The position numbers and the translations under genes are program-made. From Mustelus asterias (Eukaryota): a stretch of DNA of 64,000 nt. The DNA lies in contig NW_027590264.1 in assembly GCF_964213995.1 (NCBI RefSeq), positions 310,001-374,000 on the forward strand, written 5' to 3'. The notes under the pieces were generated by a model that was not told the DNA's origin, made no database searches, and saw nothing but the letters and a program-made list of their open reading frames with translations. Shown piece by piece: positions 48,827 to 62,470 of the stretch; position 1 is the stretch's first letter, and each line of letters begins with the position of its first letter.

Positions 48827-49315
48827 GACAAATAGAAATGAGATGTGGACTGCCTCAGAGGTGGAGAAAATGTGACTGTTTGAAACACAAGGGGAATCAA
48901 TTATATTTGCAAAAGTAAATCGAGAAACAATATTTCCAACATATTATTGATCACGCATTTATCATACATAACTTTAAAATGAGGGCAAACCTCATTTTAA
49001 AATCATGCCTTTATTGGTGAAGTTAAACTTTAACCACTTTTATAAATGACAGTTACTGCAGTAAAGCAGTGTCCTGTTTTTTGGACAATTGATTTGTTCA
49101 CACGTGACCCGGAAGAGAAGCAGCTTCGGATCAACAACCCACATCCTGATACCGGAAGCACGGAGTCTGATTCCAGCCAATCGGATTGCAGAAAACCCAA
49201 GTGTCTGAAACTTTATCTGGTGCATATGTTGAAGACGTTGATTCAATGCATGCTCTTCTGCTGTGAGCTGTGCTCCGTATTCTTACTGACATTGTTATTA
49301 TATCACACGGTGCAA

Positions 49316-49764
49316 ATGAAACTGTTCCTTATCATTCTGGTGGTGTTAACTTGTAAGCGCAGGATATTTATTTGTGGAGCTATTTGTTTATAATAATTTT
49401 GCTCCAGTGTCTCACTGTATGAATGTTTTTTTATAGATCGGTGTCGCTCGGACCAAGTTTCACAAACTCCCACAGCGAGAACAGTCCAGAGCGGGGATTC
49501 GGCGCTGATAAACTGCAGTTATGAGATGTCCAGCATTGATGGAATGTATTGGTACAGGCAAAAACCCGGTCAGAGACTGGAGTGGATAATAAGCAGATCA
49601 TCGAATGGCAAAGAGAGAAAAGACCGGTTCGAATTGGAACTTTCCACTGCGGGCAAACGGGGCCAGTTGGTTATTGGAAACACGGAGAGCGCGGATGCCG
49701 CTCTGTATTACTGTGCGATACAGCCCACACTGAGAGGAAAGACGCTCGTCACTGTACAAAAACC
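49316..49764 (+). CDS. TCR V gene, RCRSD family (leader 49316-49352, V exon 49437-49725)
   Basis: MKLFLIILVVLT|gtaag; YYCAIQP; CACACTG + 23 + ACAAAAACC. Confidence 0.93.
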
Positions 49765-51374
49765 TCACGCCTGTTTTCAGTTGCTGCAGCAATCCTACAA
49801 ATAGCAGACTGCAGGCAATAGCTGCCAGAACTAGAGCAGGAAATGGAGCAGGTGAGCGGGGTTGCCCGGGGCTTTGCAATTCCTGACAGCGACTTCGCTT
49901 TTCTCAGACATATTGAGAGTCAGGATGTAACTAATCCGATTGAAGAAACAGTCGCTCAGTGAGTGTGGGCTTTATGGTGAGGAAATCATCCGCATTCTTT
50001 AATTTAAACATGATACTACACTGTCTGGAATCAGACATTTGGTCTCTGCACAAATACAGAAAGAACTGGACAATATTCAGGTTTGGACTGATAAGTGGAA
50101 GCAACGTTCAGGTCACACAGGTTCCAGGCAATGACCGTCTCCAAAAGAAGAGGATCTGACGAACGTTCCTTGATATTCAATGGCATTACCATCGCGGAAT
50201 CCTCCCCCCTGCTCCCCCCCATCCTCTCCCCCACCCCCAACAACATCCTGGGAGTTGACCGAAAGCTGAACTGGACCGAAGAATATGAATACAGTGGCTA
50301 CTAGAGCAGATCAAAGGTTAGGAATCCTGTGGCGAGTAACTCGCCTCGTGGCTCCCGAAAGCCTGTCCACCATCTCCAAGGTACAAGTCAGGGGTGTGAA
50401 TTGAATTCTCCAGACTTACCCACTTGTCTGCCTCCCTTGGCCCTGGTGTGACCACCTGCTGATAGCTCCTGTCTGTCACCTCCTCATTTTCCCTAACCAG
50501 ACGATGATCCCGGAGCTGCAGTTCCAGTTCTCTAACACGGTCCCTTAGGAACCGCAGCTCGACACACCCATCACAGGTTCACAGGTTGTGAAACTTTCAA
50601 TGTGCGGATAATGAGCAAAGTGCAAATTTGTCGATAGGGCAGTTTCCAGTGCCCGGATTTTAGGAGATGTTTCAGGAAATTCAGCCGTTTAAATATCTCG
50701 TAAATATGAGCGTTTATTTTAGTCATTTGTGAGACTTAGGCGTCACGGGCTCTCGTTGGAGGGCAGTTGAGAGTCAACCACATTGCGGTGGCTCTGGAGT
50801 CACATGTCGGCCAGACAAGGTAAGGGCGGCAGATTTCCTTCCCTAAAGTACATCAGTGAACCAGATGGGTGTTTCCGACAATCTACAATGGTTTCATGGT
50901 TTCAGTAGATTCTAAATTGTTATTGAATTCAAGTTTCACCACCTGCCGTGCAGGAATTCGGACCGGGGTCCCCAGAATATTAACTGAGTTTCTGGGTTAA
51001 TAATCTCACGATGATGCCACTCGGCCATCCCCTCTTTATTCATGATATTACCTGATTTTTAAACTGTCTATCACACTTTCCAATCTCTTCCATTTCTATT
51101 TCAATAGTTTATTCATTTTCTGACCACTTCTCCTATGATAACTGAACTTTCCTATGTTCTGTTTTCCTCTCACTCAGTCGAGTTTACATGTTCCCTCGTT
51201 CCTCTTCTCCATCTGTTTTCAACTATCTTCATTTTAACGGGATTTCAATAACTAGATTGTATGTTTTATTTTGTGTTGCGCTCATTTCCTTTCTTTACGG
51301 ATTTTAAAAAATAATCCCATCACTCTCTCTGCCGCTCCTGCAGACACAGCAGAGTGGCTCTCACAGTCGATGCA

Positions 51375-51746
51375 GGTTTTTGTATGGGACCTCCCTGTGT
51401 TTGTCACACTGTGGCTCACGGCGCAGAGATAGGTGGCGGTGTCTGTAACTCCGGCGTCTCTCACAGTCAGGGCACTGAATTTGTAGCCTCCGCCGATTGA
51501 GGCTGTGATCCCCTCGTGTAGATCGGTTTCTCTTGTGGCCATCACCAGGTACTGGGGTGGCTGATTCGGGGACTGTCTGTACCAATGTATGTTGCTAAAT
51601 GTAGTGATCGTGGTGCAGTTCATGGATACGGTTCCCCCTTCACTAACAACCTTCCGCCGAGGAAGCTGCATCACCTCATCTGCTCCAGTCACCCCAGTGC
51701 AGGTCAGAGTGAAACACAGCAAAGAGAATCTGTAAATTCGGAGCAT
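51375..51746 (-). CDS. Single-exon TCR V gene, RSS 51375-51413
   Basis: MLRIYRFSLLCFTLTCTGVTGADEV..TYLCAVS; CACAGTG + 23 + ACAAAAACC. Confidence 0.9.
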
Positions 51747-52259
51747 TTTTCAGATCATATGGAATTTCTGCTGAAGTAATTGTCCAGGGAGTTCAGATTA
51801 GAACCAGGACCTGGGTTTAATATTCGGAAGAATTTACAAGGAGTCAAACGCCTGCTTCGTGTCCAACTGGGGCGTCTCTCTGTCGAACTGATGAAAGAAG
51901 CTGAGACTCGGGTTTTATCCGCCCACATTCACTGGCATCGATTCTACTGGAATCGGAGATGAAGAATTGAAGCCGGAATAAATAAACCCCATCAGTGACC
52001 CCATGTTTCCGGTTACAAATCTCTTCCCACGTGTCTAACTAGGGAACCATTCGCCCCATCAGAACACTGAGTGAACCCAGCTCGGGGTGAATCCATTCAC
52101 TGGCAGACAGTTCACCAGCTGCCAACCCCACAGCACCCCCGCGGACACAGGGAAATGCACTGAGAGCATCCCGAGACACGGCAGCAACATATACAGGGTG
52201 AAGTTTGGAAAGGGTGTCTTCAAATATCCAACTCCCCTTTTACAGAGCAGACAACAACG

Positions 52260-52444
52260 ATGCTGCTACTCAGCATCTGGATTGTGCGGGGAACCTTCCT
52301 GACAGGTAATTATGGACCAAACGCATTTCATATTTACTTTAATTTTACAAACTTGTTTTTGAACTGAATCTTACGGATTCGGTCGGTCTGCTCTGTTTCC
52401 GTTCGAACATGTTTTTCCGATCTGGGTCATGGAGATTCTGTTAC
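52260..52444 (+). pseudogene. Leader (52260-52305) and V stub, acceptor mutated, cut by Penelope end (52445-52551)
   Basis: MLLLSIWIVRGTFLT|gtaa; TTCCG instead of TTCAG; GGAGATTCTGTTAC|CGAAAGCTTATGG. Confidence 0.8.
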
Positions 52445-54405
52445 CGAAAGCTTATGGTATTTGCTACCAAATAAACCTGTTGGACTTTAACCTGGTGTTG
52501 TGAGACTTCTTACTGTGCTTACCCCAGTCCAACGCCGGCATCTCCACATCACTGCTTCAGTTATACAGGGCGTTGCTGAGACTGCATCTTGAACACTGGG
52601 TGCAGCTTTGTCTCCTATTTAAGAAATGATACAAATGCATTGAAAGTGGTTCAGAGGAGGTTTAATAGATTGCTTCCCAATTTTTTCCGATTTTCCTTGC
52701 CTTCACCTCTGACAAAGAGTAATCCTGACTCAAAATGTTGCCTCCATTCTCTCTCTACAGATGCTGTCAGACTTGCTGAGATTGTCCAGCATTTTCTGTT
52801 TTTGTTTCAGATTCCAACAACAGCAGAATTTTGCCTTTATACCAATTCTTGTTGGATAAGGGAATCAAAAATATCGGGTGTAGAACGGGAATGTGGAAAT
52901 CTACACAAATAGATCAGCCATGATGTAAATAAATGGGGGAGCAGACTCAAAGGGCCAAATGGCCGACTTCTGCTCCGATGTCGAATGTTGGTCACAAATT
53001 CCTGAGAATTGTGAACCAAGGCTGGAAGATTCGCCTTGCTTGTGTTAGTGGGAAAATGTCCAGGAGAACCATCACTGTGAAGGACAGTTCTGGGATTAAA
53101 GGTTGCCAGACTGGAAAAGGAAAACAATGGAAATAAACCCTTGGGGAGGAAAGAATCACTTTGGGCTGGTTTTTGGAGAAGGAGTGTCAACATTCCAAGG
53201 CAAAATAAAATGTATCCATTGAGTGGATATTTAATGGTGTTAAGAGTAAAAGGGCAAAGTTTAATTTTACAGTTTCAGGGCTATGTTCCCTATAAAAAAG
53301 TGTTTAATCATTGTTGCCTCCAGTTTGTTGGAATAAACATCAGAAAACTTGAAGTTTTGTCATGTGATTCTTTAATTTGTTTACTGGGTTCAGAATTCAT
53401 TTTTAAAAATTGTTGATCGTCAGAGATGCTAACAGTTCATTTAAAGCCACACGTTTCGACTTCCCATTTGAGCCTGTGGCACCTTTCTGTCTCTCTATTG
53501 CTCGTGTTAATGACAGCCAGGCGACGGAGCTGAGGGCTGAATTTAGCTGAGAATAATGGGGCCTGCGCCCCAGTTGGGAAACTGCCATGGGCGACGCACT
53601 AATAGAGAGACAGGAAGGTGCTGGAGGACTGACTGGGAAATGGGCCTCCAACCAATTATATCGGTCACTCAGAACTAAAGAGAAACCTGTCTCTTTAAAT
53701 ACAGATACAGGGAAGAGGCTGCAATGAAATCTGTCCCTTTTAACCTACACAAAAGCAGGAGGCTGAGATTGCCAGGCTGCAGGAGGAGTCCATTCAGCCC
53801 ATCATGTTCTGCTATCTCTTTGAAAGGACTCTCTGATTCATCCAACTGCTCTGTTCTTTCCCCACAGCCCTGCAAATTCTTTCCTTTCAAGTCTTTACCC
53901 TTTGGAACGATTCTATTGAATCTGCTTTCAGGCAGATCAGAACAACTCACTGCGTCAAAAAATAAAATAAAATCTCATCTCCCCCTCTGGCTCCTTTGTC
54001 AATTACCTTAGAGGGACTCACTTTCTGTTAAAGAGCCTGCCAACCCCTCTCACCCACTTTCCCGAAAGTGCATCAATCTCATCAGGAAAAGTCCAGAAAA
54101 ATCAAATATTTTTACTGATAAAAGTTTATTAATGAAACAGAACATGATTAAAACAAACAGAAAAAGACTTGAGGATCAAAGACAACCAGAGTAAAAGGAT
54201 GTTCACAATGTTCTGGACACAAATGGTTTCTCTCTATCTGTTCCCTGACCTCTTTGTGGTAAAGGCAGAATTCTCTGGACAGTAAATTTAAAAAGAAGTT
54301 TGTCGAATGAAAAAGGTTTACTGAACACAGTGGCACAGTGGTTACTGCTGCCTGACAGTGCCATTTTGCAATGTTTTATTGGAGAGTTTTTTTTTGTGAA
54401 TAAAG

Positions 54406-54745
54406 TCTGATATAAACCCCACACTGACACCAATCTCCTCCTGTCTGATATAAACCCCACACTCACACCAATCTCCTCCTGTCTGATATAAACCCCACAC
54501 TGACACCAATCTCCTCCTGTCTGATATAAACCCCACAGTGACACCAATCTCCTCCTGTCTGATATAAACCCCACACTCACACCAATCTCCTCCTGTCTGA
54601 TATAAACCCCACACTGACACCAATCTCCTCCTGTCTGATATAAACCCCACACTGACACCAATCTCCTCCTGTCTGATATAAACCCCACACTGACACCAAT
54701 CTCCTCCTGTCTGATATAAACCCCACACTGACACCAATCCCCTCC
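54406..54745. repeat. Minisatellite, 38-bp unit x 9
   Basis: TCTGATATAAACCCCACACTGACACCAATCTCCTCCTG at 54406, 54444 ... 54710. Confidence 0.95.
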
Positions 54746-55376
54746 CCTCAGTTAATTTGATTTAGTTTACTTGTTTACTCAATAAGATTCATACCAATCT
54801 CTCCTATCTGATGATTTTGTAGCCCCTTTTTCATAAAAGATATACACAAGTTTGTTATTTCAATTGGACCTGTCTTCATTCCCAAGCCGAGGGGATTTCT
54901 GTACCAGACGGGAGGGGTAACATTTGGAGACTCTCGATTCTCCACCAATTCCCATTCCCCTTCTTTCTGGGGGATAATGGAGGTGTCACTGTGTGTATTG
55001 TGCAGGTCAGTAAGAATTGTCAGCAAGGATTAATCAGCACTTTCTAATTGGAGATGTTCATCAGTAGAACCTCTCAGACACTGAATTGTCGAGTTTGAAT
55101 CAAAGATCAATTTAGGATTGAAGTAAAAGTTCAATATTTGTGGCAAACTGATTGCTGGTGGAATTCTCTGAATTCAGGAGAATGATCACAGACACATATT
55201 CTTAAAGGGAGCCTGCAGGCCCAAGAACACAATCAGCTAACTAACTAGAATCTTAAACACCAGCCAGAACTATGGTTGGTAACATCAGAGAGACAAACCT
55301 GAATTGTCAGAATGAACACGGTTCAGTCCTGGGTATAATGAACGCCAGCAACATCAGTGGAATCCAAACCCTTTAG

Positions 55377-55860
55377 TCACTTGTGAACTTGCTGGTGTGT
55401 CAGCAGGTGGGCGAGCTGACTGAATCCCCTCGCACACACTGAACAGGTGAATGTCCTCTCCCGGGTGTGAATTAGCTGGTGTGTCAAAAGGTTGGATGAA
55501 GTTGTGAATCCTTTCTCACACATGGAACAAACGAATTGTCTCTCGCCAGTGTGAACTCGCTGGTGTGTAAGTAGGTTTGATGAATTAGTGAATCGCTTCT
55601 CACACACAGAGCAGGTGAATGGCCTCTCCCTAGTGTGAACTCGCTGGTGTGTCCGCAGCTGGGATAACTGAGTGAATCCCCTCCCACAAACAGAGCAGGT
55701 GAATGGCTTCTCTCCAGTGTGAACTCTCCAGTGTATCAGAAGCTCAGATGACTGAGTGAATCCCTTCCCACACACACAACAGGGGAACGGTCTCTCCCCT
55801 GTGTGAAATCGCTGTGTCTCAGCAGAGTGGTTGACTGAGTGAATCCCTTCCCACATACAG
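55377..55860 (-). pseudogene. 5'-truncated C2H2 zinc-finger gene (5 fingers)
   Basis: HTGERP/HTGEKP arrays; fused at 55861 to the duplicate of 36062; 3' flank homologous to that of the 17949 gene. Confidence 0.82.
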
Positions 55861-57184
55861 ATTGTAAATAAAACAATACACGATTTGTACAAAAGTGGGT
55901 TTAGATGTTGATCCCGTGAGGGAAACAAATGCTGCAACACAGAAAGCTTCAAGCTGAGGGATGAAGATGAACGAATGGAAAGACAGTGGGTGGATTCGAG
56001 GCCGAGACCGTGATAGAAGTCAAGGCACAGATTAGGAGGAACAGATGGAGTTACAGGGATATAAACACGAGGAAAGGGAATGAGAGAAATGTGCGAGAGG
56101 CAAGGAGATAAATAGAGGGACAGACAGTAAGATAAATGAGGGAGAGACGGAGACAGGAAGGGAAATAGATGAAGGTTCGGTGAAGGAACTGTGAAGGGAG
56201 CAGTTGCAGATTTATGGAGACAGTACAGACGAAAGCATAAAGAGAGAACAAAGATGTGCGGGTTAGGTTGATTGGCCGTGCTAAAAATTGCCCCTCAGTG
56301 TCCTGAGATGTGTAGGTTAGAGGGATTAGCGGGTAAATGTGTAGGGATATGGGGGTAGAGCCTGGGTGGGATTGTGGTCGGTGCAGACTCGATGGGCCGA
56401 ATGGCCTCTTTCTGCACTGTAGGGTTTCTATGATTTCTCCATCTGTTCCTCCTAATCTGTGCCTTGACTTCTATCACGGCCTCGGCCTCGAGTTCACCCA
56501 CTGTCTTTCCATTCGTTCATCTTCATTCCTTAACACAACATAATATAACATAGTACATGATACCGACAGGATTATTTCCGAGAGCTTCTGGATGCCCGAG
56601 GAAACCAGACCAGCAGCAGAACCGCCTCGTAAAGCTTCCCGGACCCGCTGCAGTAAACACACAAACATGGTGAGGCACCGCCATCTGGCGGCAATCTGAG
56701 GTAACTGGTCATTTCCTGGAAAATCATCGAATTCTCAAATTACAGAAGGTCGTTACTACTGGTGATTATGTTGCATTATTCTTGTTCATCCTTTTACTAT
56801 TCCAATGCAATTGAACACAGTTGAACGTATACATGAGAGATAATAACATCGTTATTTTAATTGTTGGCGATTCGCTTTATTCAATTAATAGTGGTTATAA
56901 AACTCATTCTAAACAATATGAAGCCCTCAAGATTCCGATAAGATGCCTTTCCTAAAATAACAACACAAGATGTAAATATGACCCTGGATTCACATTCATT
57001 TCCTATATTCTTTAGTTGTTTACATTTCAATATTTCCATCATAATTTACCTCGCAACTTCTGGTTATTAACGTTTTCTACATTTGTTGCACCAAAAGAAT
57101 GAGTAACTTAGTGGATTCATTGAAATAGGAGAGTGAGGGAAATCGGATTGTCTGAACTCTGAATTTTAGGGAGAAGGGGAGAAG

Positions 57185-57520
57185 GGCACGGTAGCACAGT
57201 GGTTAGCACTGCTGCTTCACAGCTCCAGGGACCTGGGTTCGATTCCCGGCTTGGGTCACTGTCTGTGTGGAGTTTGCACATTCTCCTCGTGTCTGCGTGG
57301 GTTTCCTCCGGGTGCTCCGGTTTCCTCCCACAGTCCAAAGATGTGCGGGTTAGGTTGATTGGCCGGGTTAAAAAAATTGCCCCTTAGAGTTATGAGATGC
57401 GTAGGTTAGAGGGATTAGCGGGTAAAATATGTGGGGGTAGGGCCTGGGTGGGATTGTGCTCGGTGCAGACTCGGGCCGAATGGCCTCCTTCTGTACTGTA
57501 GGGTTTCTATGATTCTATGA
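57185..57520 (+). mobile_element. HE1-like V-SINE at same insertion site as 2779 copy
   Basis: Same flanks and shared AGACTCGGGCCG deletion. Confidence 0.9.
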
Positions 57521-57556
57521 AAGATAAGAACGTGTAGCCAGTGTGAAGACAGAGAC

Positions 57557-57769
57557 GGGCAAGCTCCAAGGTATTTGATGAAGATATATAGTTCGGGCGA
57601 TACCGATAAGTCTCCGGATTTCTCAGATAGATTCTCGGCCGCTTTACAGAAAGAAAACAACACTGTTCCTTTAATTATCACCAGCACTCTTCTGTCTGAC
57701 ACCGCCGTGTATTTCTGTGCCATGGAGCACACACTGGTTCAGAGACATGGCGAAACCTGTACAAAAACC
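57557..57769 (+). pseudogene. 5'-deleted V (AMEP family) with RSS
   Basis: GQAPRYLMKIYSSG..YFCAMEH; CACACTG 57730-57736 + 24 + ACAAAAACC. Confidence 0.88.
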
Positions 57770-58496
57770 CCAGACTGGGAGTTCTAGTTAGTGGTCCGCA
57801 GAGGGCGCGCTCACACTGATAAACAGAAACAATTCAGTCTCAACAGTGAGTGTCACCGGATCATAAACAGAATAACAAAACAAAACACAACGCTCAACAT
57901 GAAAAGCTGAGCCGCAGTTGGTTTTAACTTGCAACTATGCTAAAAATGCATTTATTGTTAGTTAACTCGCACTTGGCCTTTTGCTAATGAAGTCGCTGGT
58001 CTGATTATTGTAACAGAGAAACACTGGGTTGCGAATTGTGTCAGAAAACATTTGACAGACATTCAAAATGAGAATGAACATTGATGGCAACTTGTTCTCA
58101 GTGATTGTTTTAAATAGCACAATGATAACCTTGCGAAATGTATATGCCAATACAAGCTGTCCTTTAGGCAGCAAAATACTCTCATCATATAGACCCTTTG
58201 GTCAAAGAGACGTTGAAAAGGAGAGTGAAGATGGGGAAAGTGCTGCACAATAATTCACACAGGCAAGAAAATGTCATCAAAGGTTGAAGCGTGAGTTAAG
58301 GAACTGTAAATGTATTTTTAGTATAGTTGCAAGTTAAAAATTCAACTGTGGCTCAGCCGTTCGTGTTGAGTGTTGTGTTTTGTTTTGATATTTTGTTTAT
58401 GACCCTGTGACTATCACTGTCGAGACAAAATAATTATTTCTGTTTATCAGTGTGGGAGCGCCCTCTGCTGATCACTAACCGGAACTCCCAGTCTGG

Positions 58497-59078
58497 GGTT
58501 TTTGTGCGGGGTTCGCTACATCTGTACCAGCGTGGGCTTCATGGCACAGAAATACACGGCGCTGTCGGACAGAACAGCTCTGGCGATATTTAAAGGAACA
58601 GTATTGTTTCCTTTGTGTAAAGCAGCCGAGAATCTATCTGAGAAATCCGGAGACTTATCGGTATTGCCCGAGCTATATATCTTCATCAAATATCTCAGAG
58701 CTTGCCCGGGATACTGGATGTACCAGAACACAGTTTCAGAAGCAGCTGTTGAGTATTTACAGTCCAGTGTTATGTTCTGTCCTTCCAGAACCGATAATTC
58801 AGATCGATCTTGAAACACTGAATCTTCAGCCTTTGCCCCTGTAACAAAACACAGAAGGTAATCAATATCTGGGAGGGATAGAGAGCCCATGGGACAGACA
58901 CTGATCATTTAAACATTGACTCAAAAAAAGAAAATGCTCGAAATTTTCAGTAGATCTGACAACATCTGTGAGAGGCGAACAGAGATAATGTTTCAAGTCA
59001 GGATGGCACTTTGTCAGAGTTTATTGACTCACCGGGCAGCAAGACCATTATTATCAGCAAACAAAGTAAGGAGCACAT
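58497..59078 (-). CDS. TCR V gene, AMEP family (leader 59033-59078, V exon 58535-58838)
   Basis: MCSLLCLLIIMVLLP|gtgagt; YFCAMKP; CACGCTG + 22 + ACAAAAACC. Confidence 0.9.
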
Positions 59079-60973
59079 GGTGTCTGGTTTCGGGTTCGGC
59101 AGAAATGAAGCAGTATTTGAAATGTGTTGACATTTCTGTTCTAATATTCAAGCGGAAATTCATATCAGCGGAAACGTAATTTACTCAGAAATTATGGGGC
59201 GTTTCCCAGCGACAGGATTGGCCGCTTTCTCAGGATTGATGATCGTCGGGCATCAATCAGCGTTCGCTCGACTAATAAGTTCTGAGTTTCTATTTCTCCC
59301 TGTCTTTCTCAGATTCTCCGGCTCTCTCTCCGTCTGTGGCCTGTCTATCTCCCTCTGTTATTCCGCCTCTGTTTGTCTCGCCCCCATTGCTCTGCTTCTT
59401 ACCGTCTCTGTCTTCGCACTGGCTCTACATTCTTATCTTTCTCCCCTTCTCCCTAGAGTTCAGAGTTCAGACAATCCGATTTCTCCCACTCTCCCATTTC
59501 AATGAGCCCACTAAATTACTCATTCTATTCGAGCACCAAATGTAGACAAAGTTAATAACCAGCACTTAAGGGGTAACATTATGATGGAAAGATTTAAATG
59601 TAAATACTAAAGAATATAGAGTGTGAATGTGAATCCAGAGTCATATTTACATCTTGTGTTATTATTTTAAAGAATGCATCTTATCGGAATCTTGATGGCT
59701 TCATATTGTTTAGAATGAGCTTTTATAACCAGTATGAATTGAATAAAGCGAAACGCCAGCAATTAAAGTAACGGTGGGATTATCTCTCATGTATACGTTC
59801 AACTGCGTTCAATTGCATTGGGATCCCAAGGTGAATGCTTGAACCCAATTTGCCTCAATATTTTGGAGAAGGTAAAGAGGTCAATAATCATCAGAAGAAC
59901 GTCGGCCCACTTTGAGAGCAGCTTTCTGAATTATTGCACTGTAACCATCTCAGCGCTCTGTTCATTTCTTTTATGGGTGGAAGTGACAATGAAAGGGTTT
60001 CCTAGCCGGCTGGTATTTAATTGTAGTTAATGAGAACTAGCTTTGCATATCCCCTGGGGACCGTCAACCTGCTGTCTGAACTTTGCTCCCGTGCTTTGAA
60101 TACCTGAGTGTCGAGTTACTGGAAGCGCTGACATTATTCTCTCTTCGAAAAAAATCCAATCTCTGAAGATCATGGCTCATTGTAAAAACGATAACTAACC
60201 CCACTGTAGATGCTAATTTTAAACAGAGGTGTCATTGAGATGAATCCTGCGGCCATTAGTGGAAGTGTTCATACTTCAAGATTGTTCAGCTGAATGTACA
60301 GTGACAGCTGCTATCGTTGCTCTAATGCGACAGGAATACTTTTGAAGCACCTCGCCACAAATACACGTTCTTTCCTTTGAACTATGGTGCGAAGGATTCC
60401 ATAACTGATTATCAGACCGTGGAGCGGCAGTATAACCGCTGGTTCTTTCACCAACGGGTCCTCACTTTGCTCTTGAATTGGGAGTTTCTCTTCGAAAGAC
60501 AGGGACGCTGCCAATGTACCACAAGACAGCCTGGCGAGTCAGTCAGCCACTCCGACATACAATACAATAATTGTTCAATAACTGCCTCAGTGTTTCATGA
60601 GATAAGTCTCGCAGTCACGGCTGAGCCACGCCCCTGATGGCAAGAATTAAATAAACGGATTGATCCTGAATGAACCAAATCCTGGAGCAAGCCTGAGTCA
60701 CAATAATCGGAATCGGGTTTAACTGTCACCATCTGCTGTGTAAAATGGAAATATTCCCCCCCATAAAGCTCTGGCTGTTACCCGGCTCTGAGTGTTTCCA
60801 ATCACTGGGAACCAGCTCCTGGCAACCAGCGAGCCTGCCTATTCACAACGTCACTGGGAACACCAGGAAGTGAAGTGAGAACACCCTGAGACTCACAGCA
60901 GATTACTGAGGGCGGGGTTTAGAACGGGTGTCTCAAAATCCCTGACTCGCCTTTTACAGCGCGGACAGAGACA

Positions 60974-61475
60974 ATGCGGCTGCTCAGTATCTGGGTTGTG
61001 TAGGCAATATTTCTGACAGGTAAATGTGCACCCAAGCACATTTCAACTTTTTGTTTCCATTTTTGAAACGTGGTGTAAATCTGAATTTCCAACAGTGGTC
61101 GGTTGGACCTTTTTATATTTGTTTTCCAGATCTGATTCATGGAGATTCTGTCACTTAGTCGCCGTCCTCAGATGTTATGACAGAAGGAGATGCGGTGACT
61201 TTAAATTGTAAATATGATCATGAAATGAGCTACTACTATCTGTACTGGTACCGGCAGCACCCAGACTCACAGCCTGAGTTTATATTGCGGAAAAACTCGG
61301 GCGGCGGTGGAGATAAAGCCGATTTTGCCAAAAGATGTTTCTCTGCTGAGCTTCAGACAGAGAATAAATTCACCAGTTTATCCATTTCGGGTCTGAAGCT
61401 GGATGACGCCGCCGTGTATTACTGCGCTTTCAGGTTCAGATTGATATAAAGCAAGCTCAGCTCTGTACAAAAACT
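60974..61475 (+). pseudogene. V pseudogene (leader 60974-61019, V exon 61130-61436)
   Basis: TAG in leader and in FR1 (DSVT*); LNCKY..WYRQHP..YYCAF; heptamer CAGATTG, nonamer ACAAAAACT. Confidence 0.9.
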
Positions 61476-62270
61476 GCCCATCACTGTAGAATGCAGCTCC
61501 TGTCTGTTGTAGTTTGTGTAAAATCGCGGTAGATATCGCCATAATGTGCAGCGAAAGGAAACCAAACCAACCTTTCGTGAAACTGTTCCCAGGAGCAACT
61601 GCACAAACAAACTGCCGATTTCAATTCGACAAACAAATCAGCACAGTCATATTGGAAGATACCTGTTCTAATCCCTGCCTTTTGTAATTTGTTCTCTACC
61701 CTGGGGATGCTCTCGCCCCACTTCCGTGTGTGTCTCTGGTTCTGGGAGACCAGTTGGTGGTAATTTCGTGCTGACTTGGAAAGAAAATCGTCTGAGCCCA
61801 GCTACAGTCAGTGCCGTCATAGGGGTATGGCCGCACTTTCAGAGCCAGGGGGAGGAGGAAGAGGTGGTCGAGGAATGTAATCCTGGTCTGTAGATAATCA
61901 TCAGAAACATTTGGATCGTTAGTGCTGACAGGAACCACACCAGCCTCCAGAAAACATTCTGAAGCTCAGTGGGCACTGGGTTTAAATAAACTGTGTGAAC
62001 ATGCCGCAGTCAAAGGTTCCAGGAAACTGGGAGGGGATATGGAGAGAGGGTTGTTCAATGTTAGAGTCATGGAAAACACATCGAAAGGAAAAAAGTACAT
62101 TGGAGTAATGAAATAGATTTATGAAGGTCGCTCTCAGTATAACTGTACGCTGGAGTTAATACAATTCCTGACGTTGTTTTTGTTTTGAGACTGCCGGTGA
62201 CTCAGACTTTGGAGGCGGAGTTTTTGATTTTGTTTAGCAATGAGAGCGGTGTCTGGAACCCCCAGTGTGG

Positions 62271-62470
62271 GATTTTTGTCCCGAATCTGCTACTTCTCTG
62301 CTGGCTGTGTGGCACAGAAATGCGGTGTCAGAGAAAACATCTCCCGTGATATTTCAAGGGACCGTTTTGTTTCCTTTGTGGAAATCAGCAGAGATCTTGC
62401 CTTGTACGTTTGGAAACATTTTTTCAGCCCTCAGCAAAGGAGAGCGTCTGGAGAATGTATCCACAAGAAT
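62271..62470 (-). pseudogene. Degenerate V relic (AMEP-like)
   Basis: Minus strand ..SADFHKGNKTVP*NITGDVFSDTAFLC; nonamer-like ACAAAAATC. Confidence 0.6.

Larger units (their letters stand above)
48880..52444 (-). repeat. ~3.56-kb inverted duplicate of 23363-26925
   Basis: Paired ORFs 24061/51746, 25559/50246, 25926/49879 with constant coordinate sum ~75805. Confidence 0.93.

Noticed and set aside
54406-54745. CRISPR array or repeat-protein ORFs (54203-54737)
   Set aside because: Units are contiguous with no unique spacers, context is vertebrate, and the ORFs are translation artefacts of the repeat
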